DNA from: a virus
Virus genome (UHGV): UHGV-1368455
Length of the DNA stretch: 64,000 bases
Reading direction: 5' to 3' (one strand)
This document shows, piece by piece, positions 40,705 through 50,081 of the stretch. The notes below the pieces were generated by a model. That model worked only from the letters and a program-made list of their open reading frames with translations, was not told the DNA's origin and did not search any database. Within the stretch, counting starts at the first letter, position 1, and every line of letters starts with the position of its first letter. Position numbers and translations under genes: made by a program.

Positions 40705-41076
40705 TTAATCAATATTTGCGCCTTTGGGATTACGAGCTTTATCAATACATTCATCATCATAATGAATAATATCAAGCCCATAACTTGCGGCAGCCCTATA
40801 TTCTACAAGACAGCCGCGAGCAAATTCCCAACCTTTACAGAAATAAACTGCATCACAAGTAGACATTTTAGCAAGAGACTGAGCAAGAAAATAAAGAGGA
40901 ATATTTTGAACTCCAATATTTCTAAGACTCTCAGGCTTATCGAAATCATCACCAAAATAAGTATTAACTATTTCATATCCTTTTTCTTTAAGGACTTTAA
41001 CAGCTTTAGCTTTTTCAGCTAAAATTTCTTCTTCTGTTTTACCAGCCATAGGCTGACTAATCATTGCTTTCTTCAT
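40705..41076 (-). CDS. nucleoside 2-deoxyribosyltransferase-like (DUF4406-like) protein
   Basis: Motif CKGWEFARGCLVEYRAAASYGLDII fits the family pattern W..S.G...E...A..G. Confidence 0.35.
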   Translation of the reverse strand: MKKAMISQPMAGKTEEEILAEKAKAVKVLKEKGYEIVNTYFGDDFDKPESLRNIGVQNIPLYFLAQSLAKMSTCDAVYFCKGWEFARGCLVEYRAAASYGLDIIHYDDECIDKARNPKGANID

Positions 41077-41109
41077 AATTTAATCCTTTCTAAATTTAAC
41101 AATAAAATA

Positions 41110-41559
41110 TTACTTAGATAATCCATTTTTAGCCCATTGAAGAACAAAACCAAGATAACTCCAAAGATTACTTTTAATTGTTTCAAGAGCATACTTTTCT
41201 CCAAGTTCTTGAGAATAATTCTTAGGGTCTACACAAGCAGAAGCATTAACCATATCGAAACCTGTAACAGTAGTAGCAAGAACAACAGTAGTTTTAGGTC
41301 CTAATGTAGAAGTAACGTGAGATTTAAGAAAATTATCTACGTCAGCTTCATCAATCTTAGAACCATCATTGTTTTCATTAAGCTTAAAATAAGCTTTATC
41401 AGCAACATCTTTAGGACACCAAGATTTATATCCATCAGGATAAGTTACTTCGTATCCTTCATCGTTACCTTCATGACCATTAGTTTTATAACCTTTAAAC
41501 TGAGCTGCTCCTGCAAGCATAGGAGTAAGTTCAACCATTTTAATTCCAATCGCTTTCAT
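41110..41559 (-). CDS. hypothetical protein
   Basis: 149 aa. Confidence 0.5.
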   Translation of the reverse strand: MKAIGIKMVELTPMLAGAAQFKGYKTNGHEGNDEGYEVTYPDGYKSWCPKDVADKAYFKLNENNDGSKIDEADVDNFLKSHVTSTLGPKTTVVLATTVTGFDMVNASACVDPKNYSQELGEKYALETIKSNLWSYLGFVLQWAKNGLSK

Positions 41560-41598
41560 ATTAGTTTTATTTATTTAATTATTTATTTTTATAACATA

Positions 41599-42138
41599 TT
41601 ACTTTCCTGTAGAACCAAAACCACCAACTCCACGTTCTGTATTACCAAGTTCTTCTTGAGTTTCAACTTCGTCCCAAACTATACGTTCACGTCTACAAAC
41701 AAGTATTTGAGCGACTCTATCTCCAACTTTATATTCGGCACAAGAATTTGTTGGGTCATCTATCTGACGATGAACAATCATAAGTTCACCACGGTAACCT
41801 TCGTCAAGAGTACCGGGAGCATTTTGCATAAGAGCAAGAGTTTTAGTAATACTGCTACGAGGACGAATTTTCATTTCGTAATCTTCAGGAAGAGCAAAAT
41901 GAAGTCCAGTATGATAAACTACTCGACCATCATCTTTATACTCAATTTTATGAACATAAACGTCCATACAAGCATCACCGTCTTTTCCATAAGTAGGAAG
42001 TTTAACAGTATCGTCTTCACGCCAAACTTTAACTTTACACTCGTCAAGTTGGCTAAGAATACCACACGCTTCTTCTACATTATTGTTGTAATGAAGAGTG
42101 CGAAGTGCTTCTGAAATTATTTCTACAACTTTACTCAT
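41599..42138 (-). CDS. dut: dUTP diphosphatase (trimeric dUTPase)
   Basis: All five dUTPase motifs present: DACMDV, IRPRSS, GTLDEGYRGEL, GDRVAQIL and RGVGGFGSTGK. Confidence 0.85.
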   Translation of the reverse strand: MSKVVEIISEALRTLHYNNNVEEACGILSQLDECKVKVWREDDTVKLPTYGKDGDACMDVYVHKIEYKDDGRVVYHTGLHFALPEDYEMKIRPRSSITKTLALMQNAPGTLDEGYRGELMIVHRQIDDPTNSCAEYKVGDRVAQILVCRRERIVWDEVETQEELGNTERGVGGFGSTGK

Positions 42139-42139
42139 A

Positions 42140-43180
42140 TTATTTACCTAAAATTAGATTACCTGCAAGTTCAATTTTACGTGCTTTATCTCCATAAAGA
42201 AGACTATCCATACGCTTAGTACCTTCTGAATTATCTCTATTTGAATAATAACCATTAACGGCGTTATAAACACCATATCCAGTACCAAGATGTTGTTTTT
42301 GTCCAATACCTCCGAAATAATAAGCATTCATTTCATTAAGAATATTTACTTTTTTCATACTAATACCACTATCATTAATGGCGTTAACATCTTTCATGAT
42401 AATTTGTTGTATAGTATGACCAGTATTACCTATACTCAATTCTTCACTTTCAGTAAGAACAACATTAGCAAATAATTTTTGTGCTTCATTATCAGTAAAT
42501 TTAATTTCACTCATTTGTTTAAGAGCTTCTTCAAAGTATTCGATTTTCTTTTCACTAATACCAAGAATTTCGTGAGCAATATCTAATTTATTATGTACAG
42601 TAGCAGTATGCCGAATACTAATATAATTAGTAGCACCTTGTATGGCGGCATTGAGAGTATTTTGACAAACAACTCTAATAGGAGTGAAAAGAATTTTAAC
42701 GCCAGAAGTTCCATCATGAGAAGTAGTAAAGACAAGATAATTTTCAACAGGGTCGCCATTTACAAGAATATTTTTAGGAAGTTTAGCGCTAACAAATATA
42801 CGTTCACCATTACCAAAATATCCAGCAGTTTGCCATATAGCACTATTTTTACCAATAGCTGTATCAAAGAACTTAAAAGCTTCAATATTTTGAACTGGAG
42901 TATAACGGTCTTTTACAATACCAAGAGGAATATTATAATCAGTACGATATGTAGCAAAAGCATTTGCACATTCAGTATAAACATTTGACCCATGGATAAA
43001 TCCACCATTACCTATATTATCATTAATCATAGGCATTTCTGCAACAAGTTTACATTTAGCCACAGTCCAATTAAGACCGGCTTTTGTCATAACTTCTCGT
43101 GAAGTATTACAATCTTCTACATTTTTAGCACCTTGAAAATTCCAAGGTTTGCCTTTGGCAACATAACCATAAATAGCCAT
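42140..43180 (-). CDS. hypothetical protein (346 aa)
   Basis: No recognisable motif; 1-nt spacing to dUTPase gene. Confidence 0.5.
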   Translation of the reverse strand: MAIYGYVAKGKPWNFQGAKNVEDCNTSREVMTKAGLNWTVAKCKLVAEMPMINDNIGNGGFIHGSNVYTECANAFATYRTDYNIPLGIVKDRYTPVQNIEAFKFFDTAIGKNSAIWQTAGYFGNGERIFVSAKLPKNILVNGDPVENYLVFTTSHDGTSGVKILFTPIRVVCQNTLNAAIQGATNYISIRHTATVHNKLDIAHEILGISEKKIEYFEEALKQMSEIKFTDNEAQKLFANVVLTESEELSIGNTGHTIQQIIMKDVNAINDSGISMKKVNILNEMNAYYFGGIGQKQHLGTGYGVYNAVNGYYSNRDNSEGTKRMDSLLYGDKARKIELAGNLILGK

Positions 43181-43183
43181 ATC

Positions 43184-43915
43184 TTAAAACTTTTTGAATT
43201 TACGAATATCAATATTAAGTTTGTTTATTTCTTCACTATAATTAATAGGAACATGATAAAATTCTTTAAGAACTTTAAGTTTAGGTTCACGATGGTCAAC
43301 AGTAAGTATTATTTCAATGCCTTTGCCATAAATAGCAGATACAGGAATACTAACTGTACTTTGAATAGTATAACAATGTTTATCAACTATTTCTGGACGA
43401 ATACGACATATATCAATATGTTCACCAGTAATTTTACCTCCTTTATTAATGAATATAGTAGGACAAAGATTAAATTCTTTTTGAGTAATTTGCGTTTGAG
43501 AATTATAATTATAATCATATTGTTTTCTAACAATAGCTTTATAAGCACTACGATTATAAATTATATATTTTCCATCTTTATCGACAGTATTAGACTTATA
43601 AATATTATAATATCGTAAATTATTAGCAATACCGTTAAGATTAAACTCGCTAAATTCATCATCATTAAGAGTAAGAGGACTTAAAATACCTTTATCCCAT
43701 ATAGTATTAATAATATTAAGAACAGAATCAACTTCTTCTTGATTTTGAGGTTCAATAGAATCAATAACTTTAGCTATTCTAATAGCATTTTGACAATCAT
43801 AGAAAGTTTTAGTTCTTTCTTCATTATTAGAAAGAGAAGCTAACTTAATATTAGCTTCTCTTTTAAGTAAAGTAGTTAAACTACCATCTTCTCTTCCAAT
43901 AACAAAATTTTTCAT
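43184..43915 (-). CDS. hypothetical protein, paralogue of 45365..46180 (shared PLTL[NK]DDEF segment)
   Basis: 243 aa; ...SPLTLNDDEFSEF... versus ...APLTLKDDEFHFIY... in the 271-aa protein. Confidence 0.5.
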   Translation of the reverse strand: MKNFVIGREDGSLTTLLKREANIKLASLSNNEERTKTFYDCQNAIRIAKVIDSIEPQNQEEVDSVLNIINTIWDKGILSPLTLNDDEFSEFNLNGIANNLRYYNIYKSNTVDKDGKYIIYNRSAYKAIVRKQYDYNYNSQTQITQKEFNLCPTIFINKGGKITGEHIDICRIRPEIVDKHCYTIQSTVSIPVSAIYGKGIEIILTVDHREPKLKVLKEFYHVPINYSEEINKLNIDIRKFKKF

Positions 43916-44677
43916 TTATTTAATCTGAAGATTATCTTTATATTTAACCGCAGCAATAGTAGGAATACTTGTATTATATTCTTTTGCAATTTGAAATTTA
44001 GTTTTCCAATCATCAAGAGGAGTATCTTCTTTCATAGTAGTATGAAGAGGCTCTTTACCATAAAGATTAAGAGCACCACCTCTACGAAACAAATCATATA
44101 CAGATGCAGTTTGACTAATAGTAATTTTCATAGTAGTCAAATCTGCAATAGTAAAACATTCAAACTCATCACCATACATAGCCGCGCAATTAGCATTAAT
44201 AGCGTCAAGTATTCCTTGAACATCAACGTCTTCGCCTGTATATATAACACCAGAGTCAACAAGTTCACGAACATAACGTTCAAATTCATTCATAAAAGCA
44301 GTAACTCTAACTTTATCAACTTCAACAGATGCAGAAGAACGAGTTGATAAACGACAAGTAGGAAGCTCAATAAATTTATTAGTTTTGCCTTGTTCTCCAA
44401 ATTCAATAACTGCATTAAGAACAGCATATTTAAGACGTTCTACGCGATTTTTATAAACATTTTGTCTGTCGTTAATGCGTTTCTTTTCATCTTTACAAAG
44501 ATTAGCATCACTTTCAAATTCTTTTATAGCTTTAACATATCCTTCAAGTTTGGTCTTTAATTCATCTTGACGAATAGTAAGTTGTTCGTATTGTTCATCT
44601 GTAATTTCTCCGTCATTAGCTTCCACATCTGCAAAGATACGGAGTATATCTTCTGATATATTATATAAACTTGCCAT
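43916..44677 (-). CDS. hypothetical protein (253 aa)
   Basis: Directly abuts upstream gene. Confidence 0.5.
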   Translation of the reverse strand: MASLYNISEDILRIFADVEANDGEITDEQYEQLTIRQDELKTKLEGYVKAIKEFESDANLCKDEKKRINDRQNVYKNRVERLKYAVLNAVIEFGEQGKTNKFIELPTCRLSTRSSASVEVDKVRVTAFMNEFERYVRELVDSGVIYTGEDVDVQGILDAINANCAAMYGDEFECFTIADLTTMKITISQTASVYDLFRRGGALNLYGKEPLHTTMKEDTPLDDWKTKFQIAKEYNTSIPTIAAVKYKDNLQIK

Positions 44678-44689
44678 AGTTTTGTTATT

Positions 44690-44935
44690 TTATTTATTTA
44701 ATAATTTAATAGGAGTAACAGAAATAGTATCAGGTATTTTATTTCCAACTTTAATATTAAAAGCAAAAGCAGATTTATGAATTTCATATTCACCATTCAT
44801 AACTTTATCAATAATAGTTTGAATAGAATATCTTTTATCACAAGGAATATAATTAGGCGTACCAACACATTCATCATATCCTTGTCTATTATTAGTGCGC
44901 TGATAGTAAACTATCCAATATTGAGATTTGCTCAT
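44690..44935 (-). CDS. hypothetical protein (81 aa)
   Basis: ATGA overlap with upstream small ORF. Confidence 0.4.
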   Translation of the reverse strand: MSKSQYWIVYYQRTNNRQGYDECVGTPNYIPCDKRYSIQTIIDKVMNGEYEIHKSAFAFNIKVGNKIPDTISVTPIKLLNK

Positions 44936-45099
44936 AATCTATAATCAACAGTTTCAACACGCTTGGTAGAAATTTTACCGCAATGTTTACAACGACTAAT
45001 AATAATAGTACCAATTTGATTACCTTTTACATTAAGATAAGGCTCTTCTTTATAAACTTCAAATTCATGAAGTCCAAATTTACATTTAATATTATTCAT
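44932..45099 (-). CDS. small zinc-ribbon-like protein (55 aa, MNNIKCKFGLHEF...CKHCGKIST...)
   Basis: Not in ORF track (<60 aa). ATG at 45099..45097; stop overlaps next ATG (TTATGA). Has C-x4-H ... CxxC pattern. Confidence 0.35.
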   Translation of the reverse strand: MNNIKCKFGLHEFEVYKEEPYLNVKGNQIGTIIISRCKHCGKISTKRVETVDYRL

Positions 45100-45102
45100 A
45101 GC

Positions 45103-45348
45103 TTAACGTCTTTTACGAGGTTCTGCATAACGATATTTAGGAGAAAGATATTCGCAACCTTTTATATTTTCTCTATTTTGATTAAGATGTACTTTAACAA
45201 ATTTATAACCACCACCAAAATAGACTAAACGCATAGAACTATCACGTTTATGTTCTTGTTCTCTACGAGAAAGTTTAGGACGAACATACATAGCTTTTTT
45301 TGCCATCAATTTCATCATCTCTTTGTTTAATTCAAATGTCTTTTTCAT
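45103..45348 (-). CDS. basic hypothetical protein (81 aa)
   Basis: Lys/Arg-rich. Confidence 0.4.
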   Translation of the reverse strand: MKKTFELNKEMMKLMAKKAMYVRPKLSRREQEHKRDSSMRLVYFGGGYKFVKVHLNQNRENIKGCEYLSPKYRYAEPRKRR

Positions 45349-45364
45349 ATTCTTTATTATTTAA

Positions 45365-46180
45365 TTAATTATGTTTATTTTTAAGTTCTTCTTCTGCTTC
45401 ATTCACATCATTAGGAATAATATTAAAAGCGCTTTTACCAACAATACTTTCTATTTTAATAAGATTGAGTTTATACTTTTGGCTAAGTTTAATAAATTCA
45501 GCACTATCATCTCGTGTAAAAGTAATAAATCCATTAATTCCGTCATCAGAACCTATTTCATAACAATCAAGTATAATAGTATTCTTTGGAGCATATTTAT
45601 GTTCATCAATATTTACTTGTTTTATTTGACAGCAACTTAAATAATCTCCTGTAAAACGAAGATTAGCATCAACAAGCCAAGTACCTCCAGACCAAGTAGT
45701 ATTATTACCTTGTATAAAATTAGTATCATTCCAACCTTTATGATATTTAATACGTTTACTAAACGAATCAATATCCTCTATAATAACAGTACCATCTTCA
45801 TTAATACGTTTGAATATACTACTTTTTCTCTTGTTTTGATAATTTTTTCTTCCTTTATCATCTTTATAAATAAAATGAAATTCATCATCCTTAAGAGTAA
45901 GAGGGGCAATAGGTTCAAACTTACAAAGTTTTTGAACAAGATTAATTTCAAAAGGAGCACTAAAACCTCTATTACCATGACTACTGAAAACAGCAAGAGC
46001 TTCCATTACTTGTTCATACATCCAACTATTTGGATTATCTTTTTGTCCAGGTTTATAACCAGCAAGACGGAGTTCATAATCTCCATGTCTACAAATATTA
46101 CTATGAGCGATAATATATTGAAGAGCTTTCTTATTAATAAGACATTTACGCATCTTCTTATCTTTTCTTCTACTTACCAT
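45365..46180 (-). CDS. hypothetical protein, paralogue of 43184..43915
   Basis: 271 aa; shared PLTLKDDEF block. Confidence 0.5.
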   Translation of the reverse strand: MVSRRKDKKMRKCLINKKALQYIIAHSNICRHGDYELRLAGYKPGQKDNPNSWMYEQVMEALAVFSSHGNRGFSAPFEINLVQKLCKFEPIAPLTLKDDEFHFIYKDDKGRKNYQNKRKSSIFKRINEDGTVIIEDIDSFSKRIKYHKGWNDTNFIQGNNTTWSGGTWLVDANLRFTGDYLSCCQIKQVNIDEHKYAPKNTIILDCYEIGSDDGINGFITFTRDDSAEFIKLSQKYKLNLIKIESIVGKSAFNIIPNDVNEAEEELKNKHN

Positions 46181-46183
46181 AAT

Positions 46184-46381
46184 TTAATAATTATAAAGTG
46201 TTACACCCTGTCCATCTGTAAGAATATCTTTAACAATATAACAAATACCTCTACTATCAGGAAGATAGTCTTCTTCATCTATGTCCATATCAACTATTAC
46301 GTTTCCATGTCCAATTTCTTGTCTAATAGCTTGAAGTTTATCTATAACTTCATCTAAAGTCATTGGTTTATTAGATGTCAT
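46184..46381 (-). CDS. hypothetical acidic protein (65 aa)
   Basis: ATG at 46381..46379. Confidence 0.35.
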   Translation of the reverse strand: MTSNKPMTLDEVIDKLQAIRQEIGHGNVIVDMDIDEEDYLPDSRGICYIVKDILTDGQGVTLYNY

Positions 46382-47234
46382 AACTTAAAGCGTTAAGTTC
46401 AGTTTTAATCATGCCAGCAATAATCTTAGCGTTAGGATGAGGATTACCAGTAGTACCATAATAACGAAGGTCAAGAATAGCACGCCATTCATCTATAGAA
46501 TAAGTATATACAACTTCTGTTGCAGTATCAAGAGGAAGTACACCACGAGCATCTTGACGAAGCATACCATTATCTACAAGAAGTTTATATTTATTAAAAG
46601 AATCATTACAACTATCTCTAAAAATAGATGCTTTTTTATGAGAATCGCACCATTCTTCAAAAATAGGTTCATTATTTAAATAATTTACTTCTTCGTCAGT
46701 CATCCAATAAGGACGACAAATAGTACCATCTTCATAAACATATCTTGTAGACTGTTCAGCAATATTGTTAGGACTTACTCTATTTAGTTCTCTACTTGTA
46801 CTAATTTGAGTTGTAATCTTAAAAGTATATCGCATCATATTCCATGCCATAAAACAAGCATTAGCGAATACTTCATCTTCAAGTTGATAATCAAGAATAG
46901 TATAAATTAAACATCGATGGTCAAGATTCCAATTACCATTAGTAACAACATAATAATAATTAGAATCAATCTTAATATCGATTCCTATTATGTTAGCTTC
47001 ATTTCGAATAGCTATATAATAATATCTAACCCAATCTGGAACTTTAATTCTTGGAACAATAAAATAATATGTAGCATGACGAAACATACTCCAATGTTTG
47101 TTTTTAAGAAGATTATTATAAGTAACTTCATCATTGCCAGTTTCTTTTTTATAACAAACTCTTGCACAACGGACAATATGTTTAGCTATATCATTTTGTT
47201 CCCAATATTCAACGTTTGGTTTTATTATTTTCAT
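46371..47234 (-). CDS. divergent ThyX-like (flavin-dependent thymidylate synthase family) protein
   Basis: N-terminus ARVCYKK...HWSMFRHATYYFIV resembles ThyX aaRvSysk...HgSplEHasftFei. The RHRxxS catalytic motif is not seen. ORF-track start at 47243 is TTG; ATG at 47234. Confidence 0.3.
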   Translation of the reverse strand: MKIIKPNVEYWEQNDIAKHIVRCARVCYKKETGNDEVTYNNLLKNKHWSMFRHATYYFIVPRIKVPDWVRYYYIAIRNEANIIGIDIKIDSNYYYVVTNGNWNLDHRCLIYTILDYQLEDEVFANACFMAWNMMRYTFKITTQISTSRELNRVSPNNIAEQSTRYVYEDGTICRPYWMTDEEVNYLNNEPIFEEWCDSHKKASIFRDSCNDSFNKYKLLVDNGMLRQDARGVLPLDTATEVVYTYSIDEWRAILDLRYYGTTGNPHPNAKIIAGMIKTELNALSYDI

Positions 47235-47982
47235 ATCTTGCAATTATATTTTGATAAACGTCCAAAACTTTATAAAATAAATTAAATAAAGTAGTATTAT
47301 TAGTAATAGTATATTCGCAATCAATATCAATTTGTTCAGATATATGTATGGAATTGTCATCGTTGTGATTATTTTTTTCACGAGTGACCATAATAACTCC
47401 CCCGTAGAGAGGATGTTGTTGTATGGTTTTAGCTTCATTCGTAAATCTAACATCTGGAATAAGACAAATACCATACAAACGATTAATATTGTCAACTTTA
47501 TTCATAGTAGCTCGTATCCAAATGTCGTCACCAAGATATTTTCTACATATATCAGTTCCAAAAAATTGTAATATAGTTCTAATTTTTATAACACGAAGTT
47601 TTTTAGTATTTTCTAATTGATAACTAAAATATTCAGGAGAATTAACAAGAGAACTATATTCAATAATCTTATAAACTTCTTGATGATGAATTACATCTTT
47701 ACAATCATAAAATTTGCAATTATCAATACAAAAGAAAGAATTATCTTTATAGTATTCATCATCAAGATATTCTCTTGGTATATTATAAATAGCAGATACA
47801 CAATCTCTAAGAGCGTCGGCAAAATGAACAGATTTACGTTTAGCTCTATCTTTATTAGAAACTCTATTAGCAATCCATTCTTGATAATTAGCTTTAGTAA
47901 CTCCAACAGTGTGTATATAAGCAATCATATTAGCAATGGTATCTTTGCCAGATTGTTTTTTACCACATATTCCAATAATCAT
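47209..47982 (-). CDS. P-loop dNMP kinase-like protein (T4 gp1-like)
   Basis: Walker A GICGKKQSGKDTIANMI matches the T4 dNMP kinase SGVKRSGKDT. Carries motif copy encoding HPLYGGVIM. Confidence 0.5.
   Translation of the reverse strand: MIIGICGKKQSGKDTIANMIAYIHTVGVTKANYQEWIANRVSNKDRAKRKSVHFADALRDCVSAIYNIPREYLDDEYYKDNSFFCIDNCKFYDCKDVIHHQEVYKIIEYSSLVNSPEYFSYQLENTKKLRVIKIRTILQFFGTDICRKYLGDDIWIRATMNKVDNINRLYGICLIPDVRFTNEAKTIQQHPLYGGVIMVTREKNNHNDDNSIHISEQIDIDCEYTITNNTTLFNLFYKVLDVYQNIIARYENNKTKR
47395..47414 (+). repeat. motif copy 12, variant (AACTCCCCCGTAGAGAGGAT)
   Basis: Inside minus-strand dNMP kinase-like gene, read as HPLYGGVIM. Confidence 0.85.
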
Positions 47983-47985
47983 AAC

Positions 47986-48309
47986 TTAATTTTTAGAAGC
48001 AAATTGAAAACTTAATTTAGGCTGTTTATCTTTTATAATAATATCTTTATTACGATTTTGACCATGATTGAGATGAAATTTAATCATATCACGACATTGA
48101 TTAATAGCGTCATTACATCCTTCAATAAAATACTTATGAACAGTTTTATTAATATCATTACGAATAGGAACAGGACTATCTACAAAATTAATTTGTGTCA
48201 TAAGTTCTTCAAGATGTTCAATAGCAATAGAATAAGACTGAACAATATCTACTTCATCAGTCATACTTTCAATATTCCATTTAATATTTGTTATATCCAT
48301 AATTAACAT
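47986..48309 (-). CDS. hypothetical protein (107 aa)
   Basis: Preceded by 213-bp non-coding gap. Confidence 0.45.
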   Translation of the reverse strand: MLIMDITNIKWNIESMTDEVDIVQSYSIAIEHLEELMTQINFVDSPVPIRNDINKTVHKYFIEGCNDAINQCRDMIKFHLNHGQNRNKDIIIKDKQPKLSFQFASKN

Positions 48310-48326
48310 TTTATGTTAGGTTGGCA

Positions 48327-48334
48327 CAAATATA
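48327..48334 (-). promoter_or_regulatory. possible -7 promoter element (TATATTTG on minus strand) for 47986..48309 operon
   Basis: Reverse complement of CAAATATA; 18 nt upstream of ATG. Confidence 0.25.
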
Positions 48335-48522
48335 TAAAATTTTTCTGTAATCACAATAGAAAAATGTGAATTATTTTAAGGCAAAATAAAGCTGTTTTAA
48401 GCCCTCATTATCAATTTGCGATTAACAATACAACTGCCACAGACAAAACGAACAGAGAGCTAAAAACAGCTTTTAATGGTAAAAAGACAGAATAGTGTAC
48501 CGGCTATTTAAGCGGCCGACCA

Positions 48523-48870
48523 CTATGTAATAATATAAACATCATAAGTATTAGCACTTTCAAGATATTCAACATTAACATTGCCACGAGTTTTACATTC
48601 ATTTTTAATATAACTATCTATTTCTCCATGAGTTCTAAGATGTAGACGACCATATTCATCCACTTTACATTTACGACAATGCTCATCAAACTCAATAGAA
48701 CTAAATAGAAAAAAGTATTCTCGATTTAATGTAATACTATTATATCTTGCAGCTTCAATATAGTATTTATAATCAGTACGAGTATTAGGAATAACAAACT
48801 CTCCTCGTTTATTATAATGTGGAAGAGTTTTAACAGTTTTAGGATTAATTACTTCATATTGATAAATCAT
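48523..48870 (-). CDS. hypothetical protein (115 aa)
   Basis: 4-nt overlap with ligase gene. Confidence 0.45.
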   Translation of the reverse strand: MIYQYEVINPKTVKTLPHYNKRGEFVIPNTRTDYKYYIEAARYNSITLNREYFFLFSSIEFDEHCRKCKVDEYGRLHLRTHGEIDSYIKNECKTRGNVNVEYLESANTYDVYIIT

Positions 48871-50081
48871 ACAAATCTTGTAGTTTTAATATGCCATGGG
48901 AGTTGATTAACTCCACTTCTTTCGCCATACTCTACAAATACTTTCTTGCCAATATAATGATTCTTTGCTTTAAGTATAGATTTTTGATAAGATTGAGTAC
49001 CACCAATATGTATTTCAAAAGTAGCATCATTAATATCATTTCTACATACAAGAAGAGGAATATCTGGACGTTTAATACCTTCGGGTTTAATATCAATTAC
49101 CTCAAATATACCATCAGTAGATTTTTTATACTTAATCATTATATTAGCAGAACGTTTACCAAAAGCATATTCGGCATCTGGATTACGAAGAATAAGACCT
49201 TCAAATCCACAATTAATATTATTATTACGAGCAATTAATGCTTCAGTAGGAGTAGAAACTTCAACATGAGGAAGAACAACTAATCTTTCAGTATTAGCTA
49301 AATGTTCTTCTTTATTAACAAAGGGTTTAACAAACCAACTCAATTTAGCTTCAAGTATTTCAGTACGATAATATTGTAGTATATCTTCAACAGCTAAATC
49401 ATAACACCAAAATTGAATAAATTTATTTTCTTTACAATAAGGGTCTTTAATAAAATGATTCAGCTGATTAACAGTATAACCGGGAATATATAATTCGCCA
49501 TCAAGAACTATATTTTCAGAAGCCATACGAGCAAGAAAATCTTTTGGCATAATTTCGAGAAGATAATCTTCAAGATAAGTAAGACTATTCCAAAATGTTC
49601 CTTCACGAGATTGAAAACGAAGTCCAATAGGCTTAAATAAACTACTTCCAATAAGATGAGCACTAATAAAACATCTAAGACCATTAATTTTATATTGTCC
49701 TATATAAGAACTACAACGGTCAAAGACTTTATCATCATAAACTTTAGCAAGCATAGCAAGTAAAGTATCATTAGCTCCAGCACGATTATAAGGCAGATAT
49801 TTATCAAGATAAGATAACAATTCTTCCTCTACGGGGTAGTTCGTATTATCTTTAATATCAGCAAGAGTACGATAACCAGTTTTAATCTTTGCTTTTATAC
49901 GTGAGCTAATTTCATCTTCAACTTTACGTCGAGTGGCAACTACTTCATCAAGCATAGTTTTACCTATAATACCATGACGAATATGTATAAAATGGTCATC
50001 TCGTTTAACAGCTTCCCATACACATATTTGTCCATAATTATTACGACGATAAAGAGCAGTTAAATAATTAAACGGATACAT
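48867..50081 (-). CDS. ATP-dependent ligase-like nucleotidyltransferase (motif I KINGLR, unusual KxNG)
   Basis: YKINGLRCF fits KxDGxR of DNA ligases/capping enzymes with D replaced by N. Size (404 aa) and position in replication block fit a ligase. Carries motif copy (NYPVEEELL). Confidence 0.45.
   Translation of the reverse strand: MYPFNYLTALYRRNNYGQICVWEAVKRDDHFIHIRHGIIGKTMLDEVVATRRKVEDEISSRIKAKIKTGYRTLADIKDNTNYPVEEELLSYLDKYLPYNRAGANDTLLAMLAKVYDDKVFDRCSSYIGQYKINGLRCFISAHLIGSSLFKPIGLRFQSREGTFWNSLTYLEDYLLEIMPKDFLARMASENIVLDGELYIPGYTVNQLNHFIKDPYCKENKFIQFWCYDLAVEDILQYYRTEILEAKLSWFVKPFVNKEEHLANTERLVVLPHVEVSTPTEALIARNNNINCGFEGLILRNPDAEYAFGKRSANIMIKYKKSTDGIFEVIDIKPEGIKRPDIPLLVCRNDINDATFEIHIGGTQSYQKSILKAKNHYIGKKVFVEYGERSGVNQLPWHIKTTRFV
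49823..49843 (-). repeat. motif copy 13, variant (CTTCCTCTACGGGGTAGTTCG)
   Basis: Inside minus-strand ligase-like gene, read as NYPVEEE. Confidence 0.75.

Noticed and set aside
40563-40769. 68-aa plus-strand ORF (MHPSLYGGV...LPRRGINKV)
   Set aside because: It is simply the intergenic inverted motif pair read in an open frame. It lies between two minus-strand genes and has no coding-like composition.
48480-48522. Possible hairpin CGGC...GCCG after the 115-aa gene
   Set aside because: Only a 4-bp stem and no adjacent U-run; not convincing as a terminator.
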